A stretch of DNA of 64,000 nt from an uncultured Christensenellaceae bacterium (lineage in GTDB: Bacteria; Bacillota; Clostridia; Christensenellales; Borkfalkiaceae), in NCBI GenBank assembly GCA_910588685.1, contig CAJUPX010000005.1:28544-92543 (forward strand), written 5' to 3'. Numbering within the stretch: the first letter of the stretch is position 1; the number at the start of each line of letters is the position of its first letter. The notes below the pieces were generated by a model. It did not search any database and had not been told where the DNA came from. It worked only from the letters and a program-made list of their open reading frames with translations. Shown one piece after another: positions 1 through 8,192 of the stretch. The position numbers and the translations under genes were made by a program.

Positions 1-619
1 AATTCTTCGTTAGCCATTGAATCACCATCGTGAAGCTGTCGCCCTGAGAATTGAATTGCTTATGGTCGGAATCGATTATCGAATACGATATTTTTTCGTG
101 CGATTTGCCGCGCTCTGTCGAGTATGAATCCCAGTATTCGATGCCGACTTCAACAACAATTGCGCAGCCGTTCTTGAAATTGAAGCGGTAAAAAGTTTTA
201 TTTACTTCCGGAACGTCGAGCCAGACGCCCCAATTTCGGAAATCATTTAACCAACGTTCACGTTCTTCCTTGTTTCGAAGGTTAAGCTCGCCGCTTGCGG
301 CAAGAGCTTGAGAGTGTTTTTGCACTGGCCCATTTTCATTTGTCCGTACACTTTGTACGGACAAATCTGAAAAGGCCGTCTTATTCGTCATTGTGCCGGA
401 AGATACGGTATCGTCGATATAAGCTCTGAGCGCCTTCGATGCATCCGTATTCTGTTCCTTGCAAATATCTTTAAAAAGCATTAGAACGTCACTTCGAATT
501 CTAAGCTCCAAACGTTCCGTTTTCTTAGCGTCTTGTTGCGGTGCAACTGTAAGAAGGCTTGCTGCAGTCTCGCTGCGCTTAGGCTTGAAACTTGCTATAT
601 CAAAATTACCAAGTCCCAT
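1..619 (-). CDS. Ribbon-helix-helix (CopG/ParG-like) DNA-binding protein, partial (runs off window start)
   Basis: Own translation from ATG at 617-619: MGLGNFDIASFKPKRSETAASLLTVAPQQDAKKTERLELRIRSDVLMLFKDICKEQNTDASKALRAYIDD... The frame is open to nt 1. It starts 2 nt after the parA stop, the position of the centromere-binding partner in type Ib partition operons. Confidence 0.5.
   Translation of the reverse strand, partial: MGLGNFDIASFKPKRSETAASLLTVAPQQDAKKTERLELRIRSDVLMLFKDICKEQNTDASKALRAYIDDTVSSGTMTNKTAFSDLSVQSVRTNENGPVQKHSQALAASGELNLRNKEERERWLNDFRNWGVWLDVPEVNKTFYRFNFKNGCAIVVEVGIEYWDSYSTERGKSHEKISYSIIDSDHKQFNSQGDSFTMVIQWLTKN
339..365. promoter_or_regulatory. Palindrome copy 1: TTTGTCCGTACA-CTT-TGTACGGACAAA (inside the RHH CDS)
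   Basis: Perfect 12-bp arms, read directly from the sequence. Same half-site as copies at 1920, 2250 and 4193. Confidence 0.6.
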
Positions 620-621
620 TG

Positions 622-1395
622 CTAACCCCCTAAAGCTTCGAGAACTGCCGCCGAAAGACGTTCATAATCTTTTGCAACGTCGGAATTAGGTTTGTAAGCG
701 TGTAAGCTCTTTCCGTAAGACGGTGCATCCGCGGCATCCACCGCAAGACGTATAGCCGGTGAAAATACTCTGCATCCTTGTTCTTCAGCAAACTTTTTAA
801 TCGCTGTTATTGCTTCCTCGGTTGATTTGGTGCGCCGAGCCATAGTTATAACAAAGCCGAGAACGCTCAAATTCGGTTGTATTTCTTTCATTTCCTCGAT
901 ATTCTCGAAGAGCTGCATTATACCCTTAAACGAGTTGTATTCGGGTTTGAACGGCACAAGCACTTTATCACTTGCATAAAGCACGTTGATTGTAAGTTGT
1001 GAGAATGACGGGTTACTGTCTAAAATTACATAATCGTAATTTTCTTTTTGTGCTATCTTTTCAATAGCTCTACGCAGATAACGTTCTTTCCCAAACTTAG
1101 CGGCGAGTACATTGTTTGCCTTTTCAAGACCGATATCGGATGTAACGATATCAAGCATAGTTGTAAGCTTGTGAATTTCAGCTTCAGACATTCCTTTGTC
1201 TAAGCTAAGGAATTTAAGCGCTTGCGGGTTATCTGTGTCATCTGCAAGACCGAATGACGTCGTCAGGCTGCCTTGCGGATCGAAATCAACGAGCAGAGTT
1301 TTCTTGCCGTTCCGGGCAAAATAATCTGCGAGTGCTGCAGACGTCGTTGTTTTGGCAACGCCGCCTTTCTGATTAACGAGCGATATTACTTTCAT
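622..1395 (-). CDS. parA: ParA/Soj-family partition ATPase
   Basis: Deviant Walker A NQKGGVAKTTT at the N-terminus; 257 aa; typical ParA length and DFDPQGS motif. Confidence 0.9.
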   Translation of the reverse strand: MKVISLVNQKGGVAKTTTSAALADYFARNGKKTLLVDFDPQGSLTTSFGLADDTDNPQALKFLSLDKGMSEAEIHKLTTMLDIVTSDIGLEKANNVLAAKFGKERYLRRAIEKIAQKENYDYVILDSNPSFSQLTINVLYASDKVLVPFKPEYNSFKGIMQLFENIEEMKEIQPNLSVLGFVITMARRTKSTEEAITAIKKFAEEQGCRVFSPAIRLAVDAADAPSYGKSLHAYKPNSDVAKDYERLSAAVLEALGG

Positions 1396-1700
1396 TCCGT
1401 CACCCCAATTCCGAGAAGTTGAAGTATTTTACAATACTTTTCTACAATTTCAACTACCGGACCTAACACGTCATAACAAACACTTGCCAAAGACATAAAA
1501 GTAAAATGAGAAATATTCTCTCCACTTTCAGCGTAAAGGTCAAGTGCTTTCTCTTCTTCTTTTTGGCAAAGGTCATCGTACGTACTTCTGAACGGCTCTG
1601 ACTCGAGCGCGTTCGTCCCGTGATGGCGGTTGACAAATTCGCTTCGTTCTTCCGCAACGGTCAAATATGCTTTAACCGTCGCTTTTTTTAAAGTTGTCAT
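1392..1700 (-). CDS. Hypothetical protein, first gene of the parA operon
   Basis: 102-aa ORF whose stop overlaps the parA start (ATGA-type overlap). No recognisable motif. Confidence 0.45.
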   Translation of the reverse strand: MTTLKKATVKAYLTVAEERSEFVNRHHGTNALESEPFRSTYDDLCQKEEEKALDLYAESGENISHFTFMSLASVCYDVLGPVVEIVEKYCKILQLLGIGVTE

Positions 1701-1704
1701 ACAT

Positions 1705-1770
1705 GTACCCCATATTCAAGTACCCCGTATTCGCTGCCGACGTTATTGCCGGCAGCCAGGTATGGGGTAC
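1705..1770. promoter_or_regulatory. Iteron/operator cluster upstream of the parA operon
   Basis: GTACCCCATA (1705-1714), GTACCCCGTA (1720-1729) and inverted TATGGGGTAC (1761-1770) flank the hairpin GCTGCCG-N10-CGGCAGC (1733-1756). The cluster starts 5 nt upstream of the ATG at 1700. Confidence 0.45.
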
Positions 1771-1919
1771 CTGTGTGCCGAAAGTCCGACTCGAACGGAC
1801 TGCATTCCTATGGTTTCGACATATCCGGCGGGAAGGCGGTGCTTCCGCCAGACATTGTGTGTTGTGTTCCCAACGAACGGAATCGAACCGCTCTCATAGC
1901 TTCCAGCACCGGGTTGGTT

Positions 1920-1940
1920 GTCCGTACAAAATGTACGGAC
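1920..1940. promoter_or_regulatory. Palindrome copy 2: GTCCGTACA-AAA-TGTACGGAC
   Basis: Perfect 9-bp arms, followed by a T-run on the plus strand. Lies between the stop of ORF 1946-2230 and the parA-operon upstream region. Confidence 0.6.
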
Positions 1941-1945
1941 GTTTT

Positions 1946-2230
1946 TTATACTGCTCTTGCTTCTATTGCGCCTGAATATAAATCACCGATTATAATCGGG
2001 CCGCACTGTTTACATTTGAATGCATCGAAGTAACGTTTCCGATATGTAATCTTGTCATCATCCCAACGTTTAGCGTGATAAAATACGTAGAAATAATTTC
2101 CGTATTCGAACTCAAGCCATTCGCTGAACCGACAAACTGTGTACTTACATTCGTAAAGCTTTACTTTTGATAAACTCGGTAATTTTTCTTTTATCTTCTG
2201 TAGAAATAACTTTTTGCGGAACGTTCGCAT
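1946..2230 (-). CDS. Hypothetical protein (94 aa)
   Basis: ORF with RBS AGAGGTGA upstream of the ATG. Palindrome copy 3 lies about 20 nt upstream. Confidence 0.4.
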   Translation of the reverse strand: MRTFRKKLFLQKIKEKLPSLSKVKLYECKYTVCRFSEWLEFEYGNYFYVFYHAKRWDDDKITYRKRYFDAFKCKQCGPIIIGDLYSGAIEARAV

Positions 2231-2249
2231 AAGTCACCTCTATTTTTTA

Positions 2250-2274
2250 TTTGTACGTACAAAATGTACGGACA
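2250..2274. promoter_or_regulatory. Palindrome copy 3: TTTGTACGTACA-AAA-TGTACGGACA
   Basis: One arm mismatch relative to the perfect palindrome. Lies in the upstream region of ORF 1946-2230. Confidence 0.55.
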
Positions 2275-2276
2275 TT

Positions 2277-2726
2277 TTATTTTACATAACCTGCAATTTT
2301 AAATTTGCCCGGCTCTGCCTTCATCATTAATTCGGCAGTAGCAAGCGGGCCACACTCGAATGACTCACCCCAAGTGCCGTCCTCGCGCTTTCTCTGGATG
2401 TGCACCCAGATATCTTTTTTACTGCGGTAAAAGACTGGAAGACATGGACGTACTTTTTTACCAGTGCTGTCTTTAAGGCAGTGTTCATCGTAACAGTCTT
2501 TATACATCGCAAAGTCTTTACAGCTTTGGAATTCTTCATCGGTTATCGGTACGCCCATCAGTTCGCAGTTTCTAACCGTGAACCAACTTTCTTTGGCTGC
2601 ATTACCTATAGAGCCGTGATAGACGGCGCCACGCTGTTCCCAGGTTTCTCTCGTCATTACCAGTTCGCCGGAAAGCCGTATTTCCTTTTCTTGCGTTCTA
2701 TGTCTGATTAAAGTCTCAACTCGCAT
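2277..2726 (-). CDS. Hypothetical protein (149 aa)
   Basis: Long ORF in the same orientation as its neighbours. No recognisable motif. Confidence 0.45.
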   Translation of the reverse strand: MRVETLIRHRTQEKEIRLSGELVMTRETWEQRGAVYHGSIGNAAKESWFTVRNCELMGVPITDEEFQSCKDFAMYKDCYDEHCLKDSTGKKVRPCLPVFYRSKKDIWVHIQRKREDGTWGESFECGPLATAELMMKAEPGKFKIAGYVK

Positions 2727-2737
2727 GGGCTTTCCTT

Positions 2738-3205
2738 CTACAATAAGTGCTCTGCATCTTTTAATGCTTTTAAAGCTTTAAGTAGCTTAGATTTATCCTT
2801 TACAATCCACCTATCATTCCAATCAAAAGTGGTATCGATTTTTTCTTCGTCAATAGCATCTCCAATTAAACCGTGGATAGTAAATAAAACATTTCTCAAT
2901 TCTTCATACTCATTGTGTATGCAATTTTCGGTTTCAAATTCTCCGTCAACGTATCTTAAGTGGCATGTGACAACCCTATTTACTAAAACCTGTCCGCAAG
3001 GATATTCATTTGGATATTCAAAGCCTTTACCTTTACCGCCGAAACAAGGGAACACATTTAATTGAACGGCGCCATTCTCAAACAGATAACCGTCATTATA
3101 AAAAACACGTTGTTTAGTAGGGTCAATATCTTCAACCAACTTCACAGCTTTTCCAAAGAACTTGGTTGCTATTTCTTTTGCAAGTTTTTTAGTTACTTTT
3201 TTCAT
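2738..3205 (-). CDS. Hypothetical protein (155 aa)
   Basis: Long ORF, tightly packed with its neighbours. Confidence 0.45.
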   Translation of the reverse strand: MKKVTKKLAKEIATKFFGKAVKLVEDIDPTKQRVFYNDGYLFENGAVQLNVFPCFGGKGKGFEYPNEYPCGQVLVNRVVTCHLRYVDGEFETENCIHNEYEELRNVLFTIHGLIGDAIDEEKIDTTFDWNDRWIVKDKSKLLKALKALKDAEHLL

Positions 3206-3216
3206 TTCGTGCCCTC

Positions 3217-4158
3217 TTACTTGGCTGCGCCTTTGTTAGCGCTATTTCCTTTTTGCTTAGGCTTTTGAGCGGATCTCATATTGCTCGTAAAATCTCTACT
3301 GCGTTTTATTACACCGGTTATCATATCTGTTACGTGCTCATCGCCTTTTGTCTTGTCGTAGATAGCTGATGATTTAAAAATCCTCGCTATCTGATCTGCA
3401 TCCGAGTTGGAAAAGAAATTGAGTATTGCTATCAAGCCTTTTTCTGCTTTCTCGGTTTTTCCTGCAGCGCCGGAATAGAAATTTTTAAATTCAGCGCCAC
3501 GCTTTGATTTTTTAATGGCTGCTATGAGCTTGGTATCTTTACTAAGCAACCCATCCTTATTCGTGGTTGCTTTGGGCTTACCCTTTGTCTCGGCTTTCTT
3601 CTTTTCTGTCGGCTTGCCATTTTTACCATTTTCCGCAAAGCGCACTAACCGGATCGTGCTACTCTTGCGCTCACCGTTTCTATGATAGGTGAATTTGCAA
3701 GAATAAACGTTTCCATTCGCATCTATATATCTGCCACTTGAAACTTGGCCGTTTTTAAACGTTCCTTCAAAGACTCTGCCATCCGCCCATGTATATTTAC
3801 CGTCACCGTCGTATTTGTTGTCTTTAAAGTTTCCTTCGTAGACGTCACCGTTCGTTGCAGAAAACTTGCCTTTGCCCGTTATTTTACCGGATTTAAAATT
3901 ACCTTCGAAGACATCTCCGCCTTGCCATGTATATTTGCCGGTGCCGTTAAATTTTCCTTTCTTAAGGCTGCCGTCGTAGACATCGCCGTATTTATAAGTT
4001 ATCTTTGCTCTGGACTTGTCCGGGCGCCGCCCGTTCGGAAGCAACGCATATTCATAAACACTGTCCGATTTATAACTTTCATATTTACTACCGCCTTCTG
4101 GAACGGTAATCTCGCCCGGCTCTTGTAAGGGGCTAAGCTCTGCTACTTCGTCTGCCAT
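3217..4158 (-). CDS. MORN-repeat protein with a distinct C-terminal domain
   Basis: Repeated YxGxxxxGxxxGxG units (YDGSLKKGKFNGTGKYTWQGGDVFEGNFKSGKITGKGKF...). Start moved to MADEV (ATG 4156-4158, RBS AAGAAGGTG) because the longer tracked ORF runs through palindrome copy 4. Confidence 0.65.
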   Translation of the reverse strand: MADEVAELSPLQEPGEITVPEGGSKYESYKSDSVYEYALLPNGRRPDKSRAKITYKYGDVYDGSLKKGKFNGTGKYTWQGGDVFEGNFKSGKITGKGKFSATNGDVYEGNFKDNKYDGDGKYTWADGRVFEGTFKNGQVSSGRYIDANGNVYSCKFTYHRNGERKSSTIRLVRFAENGKNGKPTEKKKAETKGKPKATTNKDGLLSKDTKLIAAIKKSKRGAEFKNFYSGAAGKTEKAEKGLIAILNFFSNSDADQIARIFKSSAIYDKTKGDEHVTDMITGVIKRSRDFTSNMRSAQKPKQKGNSANKGAAK

Positions 4159-4192
4159 TTTGTGCACCTTCTTTTTGTGTTTTCTTATACTG

Positions 4193-4219
4193 TTTGTCCG
4201 TACAAAATGTACGTACAAA
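4193..4219. promoter_or_regulatory. Palindrome copy 4: TTTGTCCGTACA-AAA-TGTACGTACAAA
   Basis: One arm mismatch. Lies about 35 nt upstream of the MORN gene start. Confidence 0.55.
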
Positions 4220-4505
4220 CAAAAATGGGTAATGAAGCCAATATGACAACATTACCCATACGGAAACCATTATTTACATTGACTAACACACACACTTATT
4301 TAACCACACACTCCTTAAAAAAATAAAAGTGTGTGTTGAACAAGCCAACACACACTCATCTTCTGAGTTTCATTGGTGAAAAGCCGTATTGACTTGTTCA
4401 CCTAAATTTTACACTAACAATTTTTGCGAGATATATAAAACATATCTATATCTCACTATGCTACGAGTAGCCAAGTTCGTCCACACAGTGAAAAATATAA
4501 GTAAA

Positions 4506-4526
4506 GGCGTGGCTTCACGCCACGCC
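4506..4526 (-). terminator. Rho-independent terminator downstream of XRE gene
   Basis: GGCGTGGC-N5-GCCACGCC stem, followed by a T-rich tract on the minus strand. Confidence 0.5.
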
Positions 4527-4595
4527 TAATTCTCGTTCGCCTACGGCTTACCTAATATTCCCTATGGGAATTACGGTAATTGCGCAAGCCTTTTA

Positions 4596-4889
4596 TTAAT
4601 CCGAAAGCAAAGAATCAAAATCAACATTAAATACTTTACTGAAAGCGACAATTTCAATATCCGTAACAAACCGCTGTCCGCTTTCAATCCTCTGTATTGC
4701 GTTTTTATCCAAATCTACCCCTAGCAATTGAACCAACTCCGCAAACTTTCTTTGTGAAAGTTTAGGGGTATAGTTTATTCGCAATTCATAAATTTTTTTA
4801 CCGCAAATATTATTTGTGTTGTTGCTTGATTTATTTTTAAACATATTTTTTTCAAACTGACATTTAGTGTTTGACAGTTTAACTTGCAT
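4596..4889 (-). CDS. XRE-family helix-turn-helix regulator
   Basis: HTH_3-like segment: LSQRKFAELVQLLGVDLDKNAIQRIESGQR. The start may instead be the internal Met at 4844. Confidence 0.7.
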   Translation of the reverse strand: MQVKLSNTKCQFEKNMFKNKSSNNTNNICGKKIYELRINYTPKLSQRKFAELVQLLGVDLDKNAIQRIESGQRFVTDIEIVAFSKVFNVDFDSLLSD

Positions 4890-5003
4890 ACAACTCGAAT
4901 TATCTCAGCAAGGCTTACTCTTGCGGTAGAAAACTTGATTGGATTAACTATTTTGCCGCTTTTTAAGCTGCTGCCGCTATACTTTTTTACAGATAAATGC
5001 AAT

Positions 5004-5210
5004 TCAGTTATCTTTAAGTCCTAACATATAATCGCTTGTTACATCAAAAAATTTACATATTGATATTAAAACAGATAGGCTTGGATAATTCCTTCCTTTG
5101 CAATAATCATTAATTGTCTGCCTTGAAACATTACAGTAATCCGCAATTTCAGATTGTTTTATATTATATTCTTTTAGCAATTCATTAAATCTTGCCGTAA
5201 ATATTTCCAT
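5004..5210 (-). CDS. XRE-family (Cro/cI-like) helix-turn-helix regulator
   Basis: 68 aa with KQSEIADYCNVSRQTINDYCKGRNYPSL. Divergent from the promoter/operator at 5255-5283. Confidence 0.8.
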   Translation of the reverse strand: MEIFTARFNELLKEYNIKQSEIADYCNVSRQTINDYCKGRNYPSLSVLISICKFFDVTSDYMLGLKDN

Positions 5211-5254
5211 TTGTTCTACCTAAATTTATTTTAAGCAATTTTATATGGAAAAAC

Positions 5255-5283
5255 TTGACAATATGGTTAAACCATATTAATAT
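5255..5283 (+). promoter_or_regulatory. SigA-type promoter with a palindromic operator in the spacer
   Basis: TTGACA (5255-5260), 17-nt spacer, TAATAT (5278-5283). The spacer itself is the perfect palindrome ATATGGTTAAACCATAT. Confidence 0.55.
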
Positions 5284-5312
5284 GATTACATTAGTCTTTT
5301 AGGAGAACAAAT

Positions 5313-5585
5313 ATGTCTGATTTTTTAATTTTGGAAATGGCAAGCGTTTTCGGATACCTTAACAACAGCCGACTTGATGAAAACGAAAAATATAATGCAA
5401 TGGCTATTGAGCACGAGCAATTAATAAAAAAGCTTTGCGCTTCTTTGCCCGAAGATGAACGTGATGAAGTGTTTCGCAAACTCGACGATTTGCATAGCGA
5501 TATGTTAGTTATGAACAACGACGAACATTTTAAATGCGGTTTTAAGCTTGGGCTTACTATAGCCGCACAAAGCCTTTTAGATTAA
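5313..5585 (+). CDS. Hypothetical protein (90 aa) expressed divergently from the XRE regulator
   Basis: RBS AGGAGAA 7 nt before the ATG. Sits downstream of the promoter above. Confidence 0.5.
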   Translation: MSDFLILEMASVFGYLNNSRLDENEKYNAMAIEHEQLIKKLCASLPEDERDEVFRKLDDLHSDMLVMNNDEHFKCGFKLGLTIAAQSLLD

Positions 5586-5595
5586 CCGCGGGTTA

Positions 5596-6306
5596 TTACC
5601 GTATACCTAATAAGTCTTTAATAACTTCGCCTGCGGCGATAAAACCCGCCGCGGGCGGAACAAACGATATACTTGCGGGCGCCGTTTTACCGCCGTCCTG
5701 CTCCGATACCGCGCCTGTCGCGGGCAGCTCCCGCGAAAACACTACTTTAACGCCGCTTATGCCGCGTTTTTTTAGTTCGCGGCGCATAACCCTTGCAAGA
5801 GGACACACGGAAGTTTTTTCAATATCCGCAACCTCGAACGCCGCGGGGTTCAGCTTATTACCCGCGCCCATACAGCTTATTACCGGCACGCCGCACGCCT
5901 TTGCCCCCTCTATTATGGCGAGCTTGCCCGAAACAGTGTCGATTGCGTCAACCACGTAGTCGTAAACCGAAAAATCTATCTGACCGGCGTTTTCGGGCAT
6001 AACGAACATTTTACGCGCTGTCACTTTGCACAGGGGATTAATCCGGGCAATGCGCTCCGCCGTAACCTCCGTTTTGTCGCGCCCGACCGTATTTTGCGTG
6101 GCTATTATCTGGCGGTTTAAGTTGGACAGGCTCACCGTATCGCCGTCAAAAATATCAAGCGCGCCAACGCCTGCCCTTACGAGCGCTTCCACAACGTAAC
6201 CGCCTACGCCGCCCAGCCCGAACACCGCCGCGCGGCTTTTTTTTAATTTTTCAAGCCCGTCCCTGCCTACGAGCGCCTCCGTCCTGCTAAACATCTCCGC
6301 CTCCAA
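5596..6306 (-). CDS. tcdA: ThiF/MoeB-family protein, tRNA threonylcarbamoyladenosine dehydratase-like
   Basis: Rossmann GLGGVGG motif followed by SNLNRQ. About 235 aa, matching TcdA/CsdL-type E1-like enzymes. Confidence 0.75.
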   Translation of the reverse strand: MEAEMFSRTEALVGRDGLEKLKKSRAAVFGLGGVGGYVVEALVRAGVGALDIFDGDTVSLSNLNRQIIATQNTVGRDKTEVTAERIARINPLCKVTARKMFVMPENAGQIDFSVYDYVVDAIDTVSGKLAIIEGAKACGVPVISCMGAGNKLNPAAFEVADIEKTSVCPLARVMRRELKKRGISGVKVVFSRELPATGAVSEQDGGKTAPASISFVPPAAGFIAAGEVIKDLLGIR

Positions 6307-6373
6307 AATACATTATATATTATTCTCTTCACTCCGTCAAACGGCTTTTAACAAATGTTTCCTGTAAAAAAGC

Positions 6374-6416
6374 TTGACAGTTTAAATTTTATATATTATA
6401 ATTAGAATAATTCTAA
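6374..6416 (+). promoter_or_regulatory. Promoter plus PerR/Fur box of the perR-rbr operon
   Basis: TTGACA (6374-6379), 17 nt, TATAAT (6397-6402). This is followed by the perfect 7-1-7 palindrome TTAGAATAATTCTAA (6402-6416). Confidence 0.65.
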
Positions 6417-6433
6417 CTATTATCAGGTGGAAT

Positions 6434-6802
6434 ATGACTGCGTATGCGAAAAAGATATTAAACTTAATAAACGGCTCCTCTTCGCATATGACTGCGGAGC
6501 AGATATTTTTAGAGCTTAAAAAAACCGAGCCGAAGATTGTGCTTGCGTCCGTTTACAATAATCTGGGCACGCTTTCAGCGGAAGGGCTTATACGTAAAAT
6601 AGGAATGGACGGAGCGGCGGACAGGTACGACAAAACGATAAAGCACGATCACCTTGTCTGCAAAAAGTGCGGGAAAATTGCCGATTTTGGGTTTACCGAC
6701 CTGACGGAAGGGCTGCAAAAGGAGCTTAACTGCGGCATACTCGGCTATGATTTAAAAATTTATTACCTGTGCGCGGAGTGTAAAGCGGCGCAAAACTATT
6801 AA
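6434..6802 (+). CDS. perR: Fur-family transcriptional repressor (PerR-like)
   Basis: 122 aa with HDHLVCKKCGK...CAEC metal-site motifs. Located upstream of rubrerythrin. Confidence 0.8.
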   Translation: MTAYAKKILNLINGSSSHMTAEQIFLELKKTEPKIVLASVYNNLGTLSAEGLIRKIGMDGAADRYDKTIKHDHLVCKKCGKIADFGFTDLTEGLQKELNCGILGYDLKIYYLCAECKAAQNY

Positions 6803-6820
6803 AAATTTAAGGAGATTACT

Positions 6821-7357
6821 ATGAACAACTACAAAGGAACACAAACCGAAAAGAACCTGGAAGCGGCTTTTGCCGGAGAATCGCAGGCGAGAAATAAATA
6901 TACTTATTTCGCCTCCGTTGCCAAAAAAGAGGGTTACGAGCAGATAGCAGGGCTCTTTTTAAAAACCGCCGATAACGAAAAAGAACACGCAAAAATGTGG
7001 CTTAAAGAGTTAAAAGGCATAGGCAACACAGCGGAAAACCTCGCCGCTGCCGCTGCCGGAGAAAATTATGAATGGACGGATATGTACGAGGAATTTGCCA
7101 AGACCGCCGAAAAAGAGGGCTTTAAGGAGCTTGCGGCTAAATTCCGCGCGGTCGGCGCAATTGAAAAGCAACACGAGGAAAGATACCGCGCTCTTCTTAA
7201 AAACGTAGAAACCGCCGCGGTATTCAAAAAGAGCGAAGTAAAGGTCTGGGAGTGCAGAAACTGCGGACATATCGTTGTTGGCACAGCCGCGCCCGGGGTA
7301 TGCCCCGTATGCAACCACCCTCAAAGCTATTTTGAAATACACGCCGAAAATTATTAA
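6821..7357 (+). CDS. rbr: Rubrerythrin
   Basis: Ferritin-like diiron EXXH motifs plus a C-terminal rubredoxin-type CRNCG...CPVC. Confidence 0.9.
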   Translation: MNNYKGTQTEKNLEAAFAGESQARNKYTYFASVAKKEGYEQIAGLFLKTADNEKEHAKMWLKELKGIGNTAENLAAAAAGENYEWTDMYEEFAKTAEKEGFKELAAKFRAVGAIEKQHEERYRALLKNVETAAVFKKSEVKVWECRNCGHIVVGTAAPGVCPVCNHPQSYFEIHAENY

Positions 7358-7398
7358 TAATAAATTCAAAACGCTCTGCGGAAATTCCGCAGAGCGTT

Positions 7399-7971
7399 TT
7401 ACTGTCCGCACCTCTGTTTCATAAAAGTTTTGTACCAGTTTAATGCAAACTGATAAAGCTGTTTTGCCGGCGCAGCCGCAAGTCCGCGGCAGTATTTAAC
7501 GTATTCGCACAAAAGCCCCTCCACAAACACGCTTATCTCTATCTCTAAAAACTGCCTGTCCTTTATATCCCTGCTTGCATTGCACAGTTCCGTCAGCTTG
7601 TTTATTATTATACCGGACAGTTTTTCCGCCGAAAATAAAAAATCGTTTGTTCTGCACATCAGTCTGTAATTTTCCCGGTTTTTACCCATAAACTCAAAAA
7701 GTTCTTCAAAAAACTTTTCGTAGTCGTCCGTAGCCAAAAGCTTTACATTTGAATAAAATTTGTCGGTTATTTCCCTCTCGAACTCCTCCACTACTCCGTA
7801 AATATCGTCGAAATGCGCATAAAACGTAGCGCGGCAGATATGCGCTCTTTCCACAAGCTCGCTTACGGATATTTTGCTTATCTCCTTCTTTTCCGCAAGC
7901 ATTTCAATAAAAGTATCTTTTATGAGCTTGCGCGTTTTAACGGACGAATTATTTAGATTTTTTACTTTCAT
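7399..7971 (-). CDS. TetR/AcrR-family transcriptional regulator
   Basis: N-terminal HTH segment ISKISVSELVERAHICRATFYAHF; 190 aa. Confidence 0.85.
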   Translation of the reverse strand: MKVKNLNNSSVKTRKLIKDTFIEMLAEKKEISKISVSELVERAHICRATFYAHFDDIYGVVEEFEREITDKFYSNVKLLATDDYEKFFEELFEFMGKNRENYRLMCRTNDFLFSAEKLSGIIINKLTELCNASRDIKDRQFLEIEISVFVEGLLCEYVKYCRGLAAAPAKQLYQFALNWYKTFMKQRCGQ

Positions 7972-8192
7972 TTGTATTACCTTTTACCTACAAACCTGAA
8001 TTATCTGTTTAATTTTAAACATTTGGCGCGTTATGCGCTTGGCATTTTCGTTTGATTAAATTATAATTGTATTATAAATAATTGTCAACACAGTATAAAT
8101 TAAAACGGCGTTAAATAAAAACAGGCATATAGAAAATCAAAAACAGGAGAATAATCAGTTAAAAGTTAACCTGCATACAAGGAGGACTTATT

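Larger units (their letters stand above)
1..5590. mobile_element. Plasmid- or phage-like accessory module (partition genes, small hypothetical genes, XRE switch); left end outside window
   Basis: Holds a ParA + RHH operon, a recurring palindrome, two XRE regulators and a divergent promoter. Abuts the convergent housekeeping gene at 5596. No integrase is visible. Confidence 0.45.

Noticed and set aside
459-689. 76-aa plus-strand ORF spanning the parA/RHH junction
   Set aside because: It is antisense to two well-supported minus-strand genes.
1776-1915. Possible intact tRNA gene(s) on the minus strand, suggested by GGTTCGATTCC and GTTCGAGTC T-loop motifs
   Set aside because: I tried to build cloverleaves. 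No anticodon or D arms can be formed and there is no matching 5' acceptor strand at the right distance. Only 3' fragments are supportable.
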